Origin: a virus
IMG/VR virus record: IMGVR_UViG_3300045988_111821
Reading direction: 5' to 3' (one strand)
Length of the DNA stretch: 39,542 nucleotides
The position numbers and the translations under genes are program-made. Positions within the stretch are counted from its first letter, which is position 1. Each line of letters opens with the position of its first letter. Under the pieces are notes generated by a model. That model was not told where the DNA came from. It saw nothing but the letters and a program-made list of their open reading frames with translations, and did not search any database. Shown piece after piece: positions 14,745 to 22,536 of this stretch.

Positions 14745-14773
14745 TTGAATAATGATGGTTGGAGTGGTATAAT
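14745..14773 (+). promoter_or_regulatory. Strong sigma-A-type promoter with extended -10
   Basis: TTGAAT (14745..14750), 17 nt, TGgTATAAT (14765..14773). Confidence 0.7.
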
Positions 14774-14804
14774 ATCCTTACCAATACGAAGGAGGATATG
14801 TATT

Positions 14805-15053
14805 ATGGGTTTAATTGATAACACAAAACAGTTTTGTTTAACATGCAAAAATAAGGGTGTAGTAGACACTATAAGTGCAGAGGACATGGATAAATTTGAT
14901 GAAGAATATGATAGACTAGATAAAATGGGATGTCTTTCCGCAGATCAAGTTTATGACAAAGCCTCACAAGGATGCAAAAAAGATTATTTCTACTGTCCGT
15001 ATTGTGAAAATGGACAAAAATATAAAGATAAATATCCTAAGTACAGAGCATAA
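14805..15053 (+). CDS. 82-aa zinc-ribbon protein encoded by a moron
   Basis: From the ATG at 14805 (AAGGAGGA 8 nt upstream). CLTC...CPYC. It has its own promoter and terminator and sits in an AT-rich segment. Confidence 0.7.
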   Translation: MGLIDNTKQFCLTCKNKGVVDTISAEDMDKFDEEYDRLDKMGCLSADQVYDKASQGCKKDYFYCPYCENGQKYKDKYPKYRA

Positions 15054-15068
15054 AAGTGTATGTATTTG

Positions 15069-15105
15069 ATACCAACCATCATTATTCGATGGTTGGTATT
15101 TTTTT
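15069..15105 (+). terminator. Rho-independent terminator
   Basis: ATACCAACCATC (15069..15080) pairs with GATGGTTGGTAT (15088..15099), followed by TTTTTT. Confidence 0.85.
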
Positions 15106-15128
15106 GCGCAAAAATGGAGGATATGAGC

Positions 15129-15329
15129 ATGTACATAGAAGAAATAACAGGGCAGACGATTATTCCGAATCTGATGGACGATGAGAACGTCTGCATGATT
15201 AAGAGAAATTATTCGGGCAAGCTGGAGATCATTGAGCTTGCTACGTTCCAGATTTCGAAGATTAAGAAGTATATGGAACGTAAGGATGTTGCATTTGTTA
15301 TCGTAAAGGATGATGAAAAGGGAGCGTGA
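15129..15329 (+). CDS. Hypothetical protein
   Basis: 66 aa from the ATG at 15129 (GGAGGA 7 nt upstream). The longer ORF-track version runs through the terminator. Confidence 0.5.
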   Translation: MYIEEITGQTIIPNLMDDENVCMIKRNYSGKLEIIELATFQISKIKKYMERKDVAFVIVKDDEKGA

Positions 15330-15808
15330 TTTTGTTGAGAAAAATGAAAGTAAAGAACTATCTGCAACAGGTACAGAAGATTGATGCTGTGATCACAAAC
15401 AAGATGATCGAGCGGGAGCAGTGGCTTACATTGGCAAGCTCATTGTCCGGACAGAATGGAGAGCGTGTGAAGTCGTCAGGATCCAATCAGAAGATGGAAG
15501 ATTCGGTCGTTATGGCTATTGACGCTGCAAGAGATATTGATAAGTATGTGGCAAGGCTCAGAGATGTTAAGAGCGAGATCAGCGAAGTGATTCAGCAGAT
15601 TCCGGTCAAGGAGTATAACGTGTTGCACAAGCTCTATATTCAAGGCAAGGACCTTGACGATGTGGCAGCGGATAACAAGAAATCGTATTCGTGGGCGTCA
15701 ACCATGCATGGAAGGGCACTTGCTCACGTTCAGGGCGTGCTTGATACATTAGAAGCTCTTCCGGAGAACAGCGGGAAGTATCGTTTTCGGAAGGGGTTGA
15801 AGCTGTGA
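15326..15808 (+). CDS. DUF1492 / ArpU-RinA-like late transcription regulator (sigma region-4-like HTH)
   Basis: N-terminal coiled region, then YNVLHKLYIQGKDLDDVAADNKKSYSWASTMHGRALAHV, typical of DUF1492. The start is uncertain (GTG 15326 or ATG 15344). Confidence 0.62.
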   Translation: MILLRKMKVKNYLQQVQKIDAVITNKMIEREQWLTLASSLSGQNGERVKSSGSNQKMEDSVVMAIDAARDIDKYVARLRDVKSEISEVIQQIPVKEYNVLHKLYIQGKDLDDVAADNKKSYSWASTMHGRALAHVQGVLDTLEALPENSGKYRFRKGLKL

Positions 15809-15993
15809 GTGAATATCCATGTAAAGGATGTACGGACAGAAAGGTAGGTTGCCATGGCGAGTGTGAAGGCTACAAAGCATTCGCCACAGAGCAACGGAAG
15901 AAAAATGAGTGTATTAGAAAACAGAAGGATGCTCTGAGCAATTACCTGGATATGAAGCAGGAAGTTGTGGAGCGGGCGAAAAGGAGGAGATGA
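15805..15993 (+). CDS. Small Cys-rich protein
   Basis: 62 aa with CKGC...C.GEC. GTG start overlaps the upstream stop. Confidence 0.5.
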   Translation: MSEYPCKGCTDRKVGCHGECEGYKAFATEQRKKNECIRKQKDALSNYLDMKQEVVERAKRRR

Positions 15994-15999
15994 TGCATA

Positions 16000-16368
16000 G
16001 TGATGAACAAGAGAAAATCGATTCCAAAGAAGATACGGCTTTTAGTATATGAAAAATGTAACCATAGATGCGGTTATTGCGGTTGCGAGATCGAATATAA
16101 GGATATGCAGGTAGATCACGCAAAGCCGCTTAGAATTGGAGGGGAAGATGATATATCAAATTACATGCCAGCTTGTAGGAGCTGCAACCACTATAAAGCA
16201 ACTTTAGATGTCGAGGGATTTCGAAAGTATCTTTCAGAAATACATAAAAGGCTTATGCGTGACAGCATACCTTATCAAGTGGCGGAGCGGTTTGGAATCG
16301 TTAAGTATGTGTCTGACGATGTAAAATTCTATTTCGAAGAATTGAGAGGTAATCAAAATGAAATGTAA
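16000..16368 (+). CDS. HNH endonuclease
   Basis: CGYCGCEI...VDHAKPLRIGGEDDISNYMPACRSCNHYK (HNH with CxxC pairs). Confidence 0.88.
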   Translation: MMNKRKSIPKKIRLLVYEKCNHRCGYCGCEIEYKDMQVDHAKPLRIGGEDDISNYMPACRSCNHYKATLDVEGFRKYLSEIHKRLMRDSIPYQVAERFGIVKYVSDDVKFYFEELRGNQNEM

Positions 16369-16633
16369 CGAGTGCAGCAATGCAAATATCTGCTTAGACC
16401 ATATCGAAATCCTTGGCTTGGGTGGGTGCACGAGTGGAATACCAGACTGCAAAGTAATCACCAATGCCGACAGAATAAGGAATATGTCGGATGAAGAGTT
16501 GGCAGAGTTTTTAGATATTGTCGGAGAAGATGGCATTTCATCACAGTATACAGATGTTCCGTGTGATTGTTGCTGCGAAAAAACAGAATGCTCTAAATGT
16601 TGGAAAGAATGGCTTCAATCAGAAGCGGAATAG
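16358..16633 (+). CDS. Cys-rich hypothetical protein
   Basis: 91 aa. CNEC, CDCCCEKTECSKC. NADRIRNMSDEELAEFL motif common in small Firmicute phage proteins. Confidence 0.55.
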   Translation: MKCNECSNANICLDHIEILGLGGCTSGIPDCKVITNADRIRNMSDEELAEFLDIVGEDGISSQYTDVPCDCCCEKTECSKCWKEWLQSEAE

Positions 16634-16641
16634 GAGATAAC

Positions 16642-16890
16642 ATGAGGAAAGTTAAATCGGAACCAGGAACAATAGTGTTTAAAAGTAAGAAACGACATGT
16701 ATCGTTTGCTTTTGGAATAGGTAAACGCTGGGGAATAAATTTGGGAGCAGAATATTATGAGGCTTGGGATTGGCACCATTTTGTCATAGGATTTACAATA
16801 ATTAAATTTTTTGTTGCGTTTAGAGTAAATTGGCGAATTTTTGGAGAAGGTTACGACAGAGACGAAATGTACTTCGGAATGTACGACTGA
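16642..16890 (+). CDS. Hypothetical protein
   Basis: 82 aa from the ATG at 16642 (TAGGAGA upstream). Hydrophobic FVIGFTIIKFFVAF segment. Confidence 0.5.
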   Translation: MRKVKSEPGTIVFKSKKRHVSFAFGIGKRWGINLGAEYYEAWDWHHFVIGFTIIKFFVAFRVNWRIFGEGYDRDEMYFGMYD

Positions 16891-16901
16891 AAGGAGAGAA
16901 T

Positions 16902-17405
16902 ATGGAAGATAGATATTTATTCAAGGCAAAGAGAGTTGATAACGGAGAATGGGTTACAGGACAGTATGTAAAAGGTTTAGATATGTACGGCAAAGAAGTT
17001 CATCTAATATTTGAACCTACCACGATATTTTATTCTAGTAGCGAAACAGACGGGTGGAGCGAAATAGACCCATCCACAATCTGCCAATGCACAGGCTTGA
17101 AAGATAAGAACGGCAAGCTGATTTGGGAAAATGATATTGTTGACTTATTAGGGCATAAAGGGACTATCAAGTTTGAATGTGGCAGTTTTGGAATTGGATA
17201 TCGAAAAAATATTGATTGGGAAGAAATGCAAGCCAATATTATGCGTGTTACAGGGTGTGAAAACATTTTATATGCTTGTGAAAACGATAATTATATATCA
17301 TTGTGGGAAATCAAGTGGAATTTTAATGATGAGGATGATTCGGTAAACACAGTAGAAGTTATCGGCAACATATTTGACGATAAGGAGTTGGAGAAAGGGG
17401 AATGA
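16902..17405 (+). CDS. YopX-family protein
   Basis: From the ATG at 16902 (AAAGGAGAG upstream). RYLFKAKRVDNGEWVTG...CQCTGLKDKNGKLIWENDIV is typical of YopX. Confidence 0.75.
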   Translation: MEDRYLFKAKRVDNGEWVTGQYVKGLDMYGKEVHLIFEPTTIFYSSSETDGWSEIDPSTICQCTGLKDKNGKLIWENDIVDLLGHKGTIKFECGSFGIGYRKNIDWEEMQANIMRVTGCENILYACENDNYISLWEIKWNFNDEDDSVNTVEVIGNIFDDKELEKGE

Positions 17406-18130
17406 GTATGAAACAAATATTGTTTAATACAGAGATGGTTCGTGCGATTCTGGACGGACGAAAGAGTTGCACGAGACGTGTGATAAAGCCGCAACCACAA
17501 TCAAGGCTATGTTATACATATGCAGGAAGCCACAAGGGTTGTGTAGGAAAATGGACATATCCAAACAGGGGAGCACGCGAATTTTGGGGCGAAGAATATA
17601 GGCTCCCGGAAAATATAAAGGATGAGGAATTAAGAAAACAATGGAATCAACCATATCACACAGATGATGTTCTGTATATTCGCGAGACATGGACGGAGGA
17701 ATGTGGAAAATATTATTATCGTGCAGACTATGACAGCGATTATTTAGACCCATGTGAAACCTTATCTGGTGGCTATCCGGCAAGTTGCAGAAATCATCCG
17801 GGATGTGATGGATGTATGGCAACTTCAACGAGAATACACTGGCGCCCATCCATTCACATGCCCAAAGAAGCGGCACGTATTTGGCTTAAGGTTACGGATG
17901 TACGGGTGGAGCGGCTGCAGGAGATAACTACAAATCAAATTGAGCAAGAGGGCGTAGAGACAGAATACCCGCATGTACTTAATGGCGAAGAAAAGAAATA
18001 TGCTTTTCAGAATCTTTGGAACAGTACCATCAACAAATCCAATCTTGATTTCTACGGATGGGATGCAAACCCTTTGGTCTGGGTTATTGAGTTTGAGCGA
18101 TGCGAAAAGCCAGAAAGCGAGGGAAATTAA
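17402..18130 (+). CDS. ASCH-like (PUA-fold) phage protein
   Basis: N-terminus ILFNTEMVRAILDGRKSCTRRVIKPQP and later IHMPKEAARIWLKVTDVRVERLQEI. The start may be 17408. Confidence 0.55.
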   Translation: MSMKQILFNTEMVRAILDGRKSCTRRVIKPQPQSRLCYTYAGSHKGCVGKWTYPNRGAREFWGEEYRLPENIKDEELRKQWNQPYHTDDVLYIRETWTEECGKYYYRADYDSDYLDPCETLSGGYPASCRNHPGCDGCMATSTRIHWRPSIHMPKEAARIWLKVTDVRVERLQEITTNQIEQEGVETEYPHVLNGEEKKYAFQNLWNSTINKSNLDFYGWDANPLVWVIEFERCEKPESEGN

Positions 18131-18316
18131 ATGAATATAGGAGTTGCTTGTGCAATAGTTCATAACATAAATTCTGAAAAATATTCAGAAGATGAAAAAA
18201 TTGAAGCATTAAAAATGTTCTTAGAAATGCCAACACACAATGGAACGACTAAAGAACAAATTCTTAAAGCATTTCGGTGGTTTTGGAATTTTTGTATTGA
18301 AGAAAGCGAGGAATAA
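18131..18316 (+). CDS. Hypothetical protein
   Basis: 61-aa ORF abutting its neighbours. Confidence 0.45.
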   Translation: MNIGVACAIVHNINSEKYSEDEKIEALKMFLEMPTHNGTTKEQILKAFRWFWNFCIEESEE

Positions 18317-18317
18317 T

Positions 18318-18587
18318 ATGACAGAGAGTGAAGCGATAGAAGCAATACAGTTTGATTTAAAAATAGGCGGTGAAATACATTCTAAGGTATTGCGCGATGC
18401 TGTTGATGTTGCTATACAGGCACTTGAAAAGCAGATTCCTAAGAAACCGCTATATATTGCAAATTTAGGTTGTACAGCATTATGGTTATGCCCAGTATGC
18501 GAAAGAAGAATAATCAGAAGTGATTTAGTTTACTGCCATCAGTGCGGACAGAAATTAGATTGGAGTGATGAAAATGAGATTGATTGA
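18318..18587 (+). CDS. Hypothetical zinc-ribbon protein
   Basis: 89 aa from the ATG at 18318 (GAGGAA upstream). CPVC...CHQC. Confidence 0.55.
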   Translation: MTESEAIEAIQFDLKIGGEIHSKVLRDAVDVAIQALEKQIPKKPLYIANLGCTALWLCPVCERRIIRSDLVYCHQCGQKLDWSDENEID

Positions 18588-18831
18588 TGCGGATGTATTA
18601 GTTAAGGATTTATTGGAACAGATACCTTTAGCAGAAAATGTGCCAATATTTAAAGATATTATTGAAAGCCAGCCTACCGCCTATGACATTGACAAAGTAG
18701 TAGGGCAACTAAAGAAAGTCTCATACGAACGATTCGGGAATACCGGCATGGGCGGAGAGATTGTAGTTAATTTGGATGATGCAATCGAGATTGTAAAGGC
18801 AGGTGGTAAAATCTATGGGAAAGTTGATTGA
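18574..18831 (+). CDS. Hypothetical protein
   Basis: MRLIDADVL... N-terminus. Start choice 18565 or 18574 is uncertain. Confidence 0.5.
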   Translation: MRLIDADVLVKDLLEQIPLAENVPIFKDIIESQPTAYDIDKVVGQLKKVSYERFGNTGMGGEIVVNLDDAIEIVKAGGKIYGKVD

Positions 18832-19072
18832 TCCGGAAAGATTAAAGAGCAGATTGGAAAGTTATGCTGAAACATACAAGAGTGTCGGCATGGATGTACC
18901 GTATGATATGGCGGTTGTGACGGATATCATTGATCGCAGCATTAACAGTTACAATGTGGATTATGTAGCAGAGACTGTAACGGATATGCTGGAGAGTATC
19001 GTTGACGAAAATCTACTGAAAGACGTGGTGGCATGCATCAAAAGAGGGTATAGTTTGATTGCATACACCTAA
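18815..19072 (+). CDS. Hypothetical protein (N-terminus similar to the previous gene)
   Basis: MGKLIDPERL... from the ATG at 18815 (AGGTGG upstream). Confidence 0.5.
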   Translation: MGKLIDPERLKSRLESYAETYKSVGMDVPYDMAVVTDIIDRSINSYNVDYVAETVTDMLESIVDENLLKDVVACIKRGYSLIAYT

Positions 19073-19097
19073 AATCAGTATAAAGATTGTGAAAAAG

Positions 19098-19126
19098 TTG
19101 TAAGTTTTTTGACTTATTTGTATAAC
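19098..19126 (+). promoter_or_regulatory. Candidate promoter upstream of the packaging/late operon
   Basis: TTGTAA (19098..19103), 17 nt, TATAAC (19121..19126). Confidence 0.4.
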
Positions 19127-19174
19127 ATGAGACGAGAAATCTGTGTTATATTTAATGTATCATAAATGGAAGTT

Positions 19175-19211
19175 GAAGGCATCGTGCATTTTGCATGGTG
19201 CCTTTTGCTTT
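19175..19211 (+). terminator. Intrinsic terminator-like hairpin in the late leader
   Basis: A 12-13 bp stem (19175..19187 with 19193..19205, two G-U pairs), 5-nt loop, then TTTTGCTTT. Confidence 0.55.
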
Positions 19212-19213
19212 AT

Positions 19214-19265
19214 GCCTGCCGTACTCTTTAGCTGATCATATCCTCCGGTGCGGTAGGCTTTTTGT
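19214..19265 (+). terminator. Second terminator-like structure before terS
   Basis: GCCTGCCG (19214..19221) pairs with CGGTAGGC (19251..19258), then TTTTTGTTT. An alternative small hairpin lies at 19242..19257. The loop is large. Confidence 0.35.
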
Positions 19266-19297
19266 TTGGATGGATATTGTAAAGGATGGTGATTGTG

Positions 19298-19762
19298 ATG
19301 GCTAAGCTTACAGCCAAACAGCAGAGATTCTGTGATGAATACCTGATTGATCTGAATGCCACACAAGCAGCTATCAGAGCAGGGTATTCAAAGAAAACGG
19401 CAAATAGAATCGGAACTGAAAACTTGTCAAAACTTGTAATCAGAGAATATATAGAAAACCGGATGGCGGAGAAAGAAGCGGCACTGATTGCCAATCAGGA
19501 TGAGGTACTTAAGTATCTTACATCCGTGCTTCGTGGACAGAGCAAATCGACAGAGATTGTGATTGAAGGCTTGGGCGATGGAAGCACAAAGGCTCGGAAG
19601 ATGGAGAAAGAGCCATCTGAGAAGGACAAGCTGAAGGCGGCGGAGCTTCTGGGCAAGCGATATGGATTGTACACCGAGAAGGTGGAAGAGAAAGTCGATA
19701 TGGAATTGAATGTGACTATCGATTATGGAGATGAAGAAGATACCGGCGGTGATGCCGATTGA
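19298..19762 (+). CDS. terS: Terminase small subunit
   Basis: AKLTAKQQRFCDEYLIDLNATQAAIRAGYSKKTA is the Terminase_2 signature. Start 19286 or 19298 is uncertain. Confidence 0.88.
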   Translation: MAKLTAKQQRFCDEYLIDLNATQAAIRAGYSKKTANRIGTENLSKLVIREYIENRMAEKEAALIANQDEVLKYLTSVLRGQSKSTEIVIEGLGDGSTKARKMEKEPSEKDKLKAAELLGKRYGLYTEKVEEKVDMELNVTIDYGDEEDTGGDAD

Positions 19763-21018
19763 ATCTGAATGTAAAGGCAAATCCGTGTTTCCGGGAGGTA
19801 GACCGAAGCACGAAGCGATATATTGTGATGAAAGGCTCTGCCGGTTCAGGAAAGAGCGTTGACACAGCGCAGAACTACATTCTCCGGCTAATGAAGGACA
19901 AGGGCAGGAACCTTGTGTGTGTCCGTAAGTCAGATATCACAAACAGAGACAGCACCTATGCAGAGCTCACAGGTGCCGTGTATCGGATGTTTGGAGACAA
20001 GGCGGAGCGATATTGGAAGATGACCACATCGCCGTTGTCGCTTGAATGCCGGGCGAATGGCAACAGGATTATATTCCGTGGAATGAATGATGATAAGCAA
20101 CGAGAGAAGCTTAAGTCAATCACATTCCAGAAGGGAAAGCTCACAGATGTGTGGTGCGAGGAAGCAACAGAACTGACGCAGGCAGATGTGGAAATTATAG
20201 ATGATAGATTGCGTGGAGAATTGCCGCCCGGGCAGTTCTACCAGCTTAGAATGACCTTCAACCCGGTGAATAAGAATCATTGGATAAAGAAGGTCTATTT
20301 TGATAGATATGATCCGGACGTGCTGACACACCATAGTACATATCTTGGTAACCGCTTTATTGATGCGGCGTATCATCGGCGTATGATGCGTAGAAAAGAA
20401 GTAGATCCGGAAGGATACAAGATATATGGCTTGGGTGAATGGGGCGAGATAGGCGGCTTGATTCTTCATAACTGGGAAGTCACAGATGTATCTCAGAATC
20501 TGAATGATTATGATGATATCGCAATCGGTCAGGACTTTGGTTTCAACCATGCGAACGCTATCTTGCTTCTGGGTATCAAGGATGATGATATATACATTCT
20601 CGATGAGATATATGTGCATGAGAAGGAAACAGCGGAGATCATTCCGCTGGCGATTCAGCATGCTATACCGACGAATAAGCCTATGTGGTGCGATTCCGCA
20701 GAGCCGGACAGAATTAAGACATGGAAGGGCGCAGGTTATCGTGCAAAGGGCGTTGATAAGGGCGGTTCCGCCGGATCTGTCAAGGCTCAGATAGACTGGC
20801 TCAAGGGTGTGGTCGATAAGAACCACATTATACGAAGAAGAATATATGTTGCCCCTCATTGTGTAAATACAATTAAGGAGCTGCAACAATGGAAATGGAA
20901 AAAGGACGAACGAACAGGTGAGTATACTGACGAGCCGGTTCCAATCATGGATGATGCGATGGCGGCACTTCGATATGGCATTGAAGGATGGCGTAAGCCT
21001 TGTCCATGGCTTATTTAA
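19759..21018 (+). CDS. terL: Terminase large subunit (PBSX-type)
   Basis: Walker A MKGSAGSGKS and the CEEA Walker B region. The TTG start overlaps the terS stop. Confidence 0.92.
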   Translation: MNLNVKANPCFREVDRSTKRYIVMKGSAGSGKSVDTAQNYILRLMKDKGRNLVCVRKSDITNRDSTYAELTGAVYRMFGDKAERYWKMTTSPLSLECRANGNRIIFRGMNDDKQREKLKSITFQKGKLTDVWCEEATELTQADVEIIDDRLRGELPPGQFYQLRMTFNPVNKNHWIKKVYFDRYDPDVLTHHSTYLGNRFIDAAYHRRMMRRKEVDPEGYKIYGLGEWGEIGGLILHNWEVTDVSQNLNDYDDIAIGQDFGFNHANAILLLGIKDDDIYILDEIYVHEKETAEIIPLAIQHAIPTNKPMWCDSAEPDRIKTWKGAGYRAKGVDKGGSAGSVKAQIDWLKGVVDKNHIIRRRIYVAPHCVNTIKELQQWKWKKDERTGEYTDEPVPIMDDAMAALRYGIEGWRKPCPWLI

Positions 21019-21036
21019 TTAGAAAGGGCAAAGAAT

Positions 21037-22536
21037 GTGCTGACGGTAGACGAGATTAAAAAGTTCATAGACGACGATAGAACGAGCGAGAAGAAGCGGT
21101 TTGCAAAGGTTGGTGAGCGGTATTATGACGGCGACAATGACATCAAGCAGTACCGCTTATTTTATTACAATGCAGATGGCAATCTGGTTGAAGATAAGAC
21201 TCGAAGCAATGTGAAGATACCGCACCTCTTCTTTACGGAGCTGGTAGATCAGGCGGTGCAGTACATATTGTCTGGCAATCGAAATGGAGAGCGCATTGTA
21301 TTATCGGATGATCCGGAGCTCCAGAAGCATATGGATAAGTATTTCAATAACAACGACATCTTCATGGATGAGCTGGCGGAGTGCATCACAGACTGCAAGG
21401 TAAAGGGATTTTCGTACATTTATGCATACAAGGATGCGAGTGATAAATACGCATTTGCGACAGCTGATTCCATGGGCGTTATCGAAGTACGTGAGAAAGA
21501 CACGGACGATGGATGTGCCTATGTGATTTACTACTATACGGACCGTATAGATAAAGGACACAAGGTTATAACACGTGTGCAGGTATGGAGTGAGAAAGAC
21601 ACGACATACTATGCGATGGTTGACGACGGCGAACTCATGATTGATGATTCCGTAGAGATCAATCCAAGACCGCATATCCTGTACAAGAAGAATGGCGGGA
21701 AGGAAGATGATACATACTATGAATCGCTCGGATTTATTCCGTTCTTCCGGCTGGATAATAACAAGAAGCAACATTCGTCTCTGCGACCGATTAAACCGCT
21801 GATTGATGATTATGATCTGATGGCATCGAGCTTATCCAATAACCTGATTGATTTCGACACCCCTTTGCATGTGGTTAAGGGATACGAAGGCGACAACATG
21901 GACGAGTTGCAGACGAATCTCAAGACAAAGAAGATAATCGGCACAGGAGAGAATGGCGATGTCGACATCAAGACAGTTGATGTGCCGTATCAGGCACGTA
22001 AAGAGAAGATGGAGCTTGATGAGAAGAACATCTACCGCTTCGGTATGGGACTGAATACAGCAGGATTGAAGGATACGGCTGCAACGACCAACATTGCAAT
22101 CAAGGCGGCATATTCGCTCTTGGAACTGCAGTGTAATAAGCTTGAGATCCGGTTGAAGAAGCTACTCCGGCACCTTGTACGGATTGTAATTGAAGAGATC
22201 AATAAGACAGAGAAGAAGGGTTATCAGGATTCCGATGTGTATTTCAAGTTTGAGCATGTGATTATGAGCAATGCTCAGGAGAATGCACAGATCAAGCTTA
22301 CGGAAGCGCAGGCACATCAGGTTGTAATCAACACGATCATGTCTTTAGCGGATACATTAGATGATGAGACGATTATCAAGGCTATTTGTGATGAGTTAGA
22401 TATTGACTATGAAGAAATCAAGGACAAGCTGCCGCAGGACGCAGAAAAAGATACAGCGGATGCCAAGCGGCTATTGGATGGAGTTGTGACGAGTGAACAA
22501 GCGACAGAAGGAAGTTCTACAAGCACAGCTGAATAG
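21037..22536 (+). CDS. Portal protein (SPP1 gp6-like)
   Basis: 499 aa immediately after terL. N-terminus ...RFAKVGERYYDGDNDI and overall pattern are portal-like. GTG start. Confidence 0.85.
   Translation: MLTVDEIKKFIDDDRTSEKKRFAKVGERYYDGDNDIKQYRLFYYNADGNLVEDKTRSNVKIPHLFFTELVDQAVQYILSGNRNGERIVLSDDPELQKHMDKYFNNNDIFMDELAECITDCKVKGFSYIYAYKDASDKYAFATADSMGVIEVREKDTDDGCAYVIYYYTDRIDKGHKVITRVQVWSEKDTTYYAMVDDGELMIDDSVEINPRPHILYKKNGGKEDDTYYESLGFIPFFRLDNNKKQHSSLRPIKPLIDDYDLMASSLSNNLIDFDTPLHVVKGYEGDNMDELQTNLKTKKIIGTGENGDVDIKTVDVPYQARKEKMELDEKNIYRFGMGLNTAGLKDTAATTNIAIKAAYSLLELQCNKLEIRLKKLLRHLVRIVIEEINKTEKKGYQDSDVYFKFEHVIMSNAQENAQIKLTEAQAHQVVINTIMSLADTLDDETIIKAICDELDIDYEEIKDKLPQDAEKDTADAKRLLDGVVTSEQATEGSSTSTAE

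Noticed and set aside
19160-19494. Minus-strand ORFs (68 and 88 aa) in and around the terS leader
   Set aside because: They are antisense to terS and to the terminator hairpins, with no start context. The region is better explained as a regulatory leader.
20116-20889. 257-aa minus-strand ORF inside the terminase large subunit gene
   Set aside because: It is fully antisense to a well-supported terL with a Walker A motif. It has no RBS and a Leu/Ile/Cys-rich composition typical of antisense frames.
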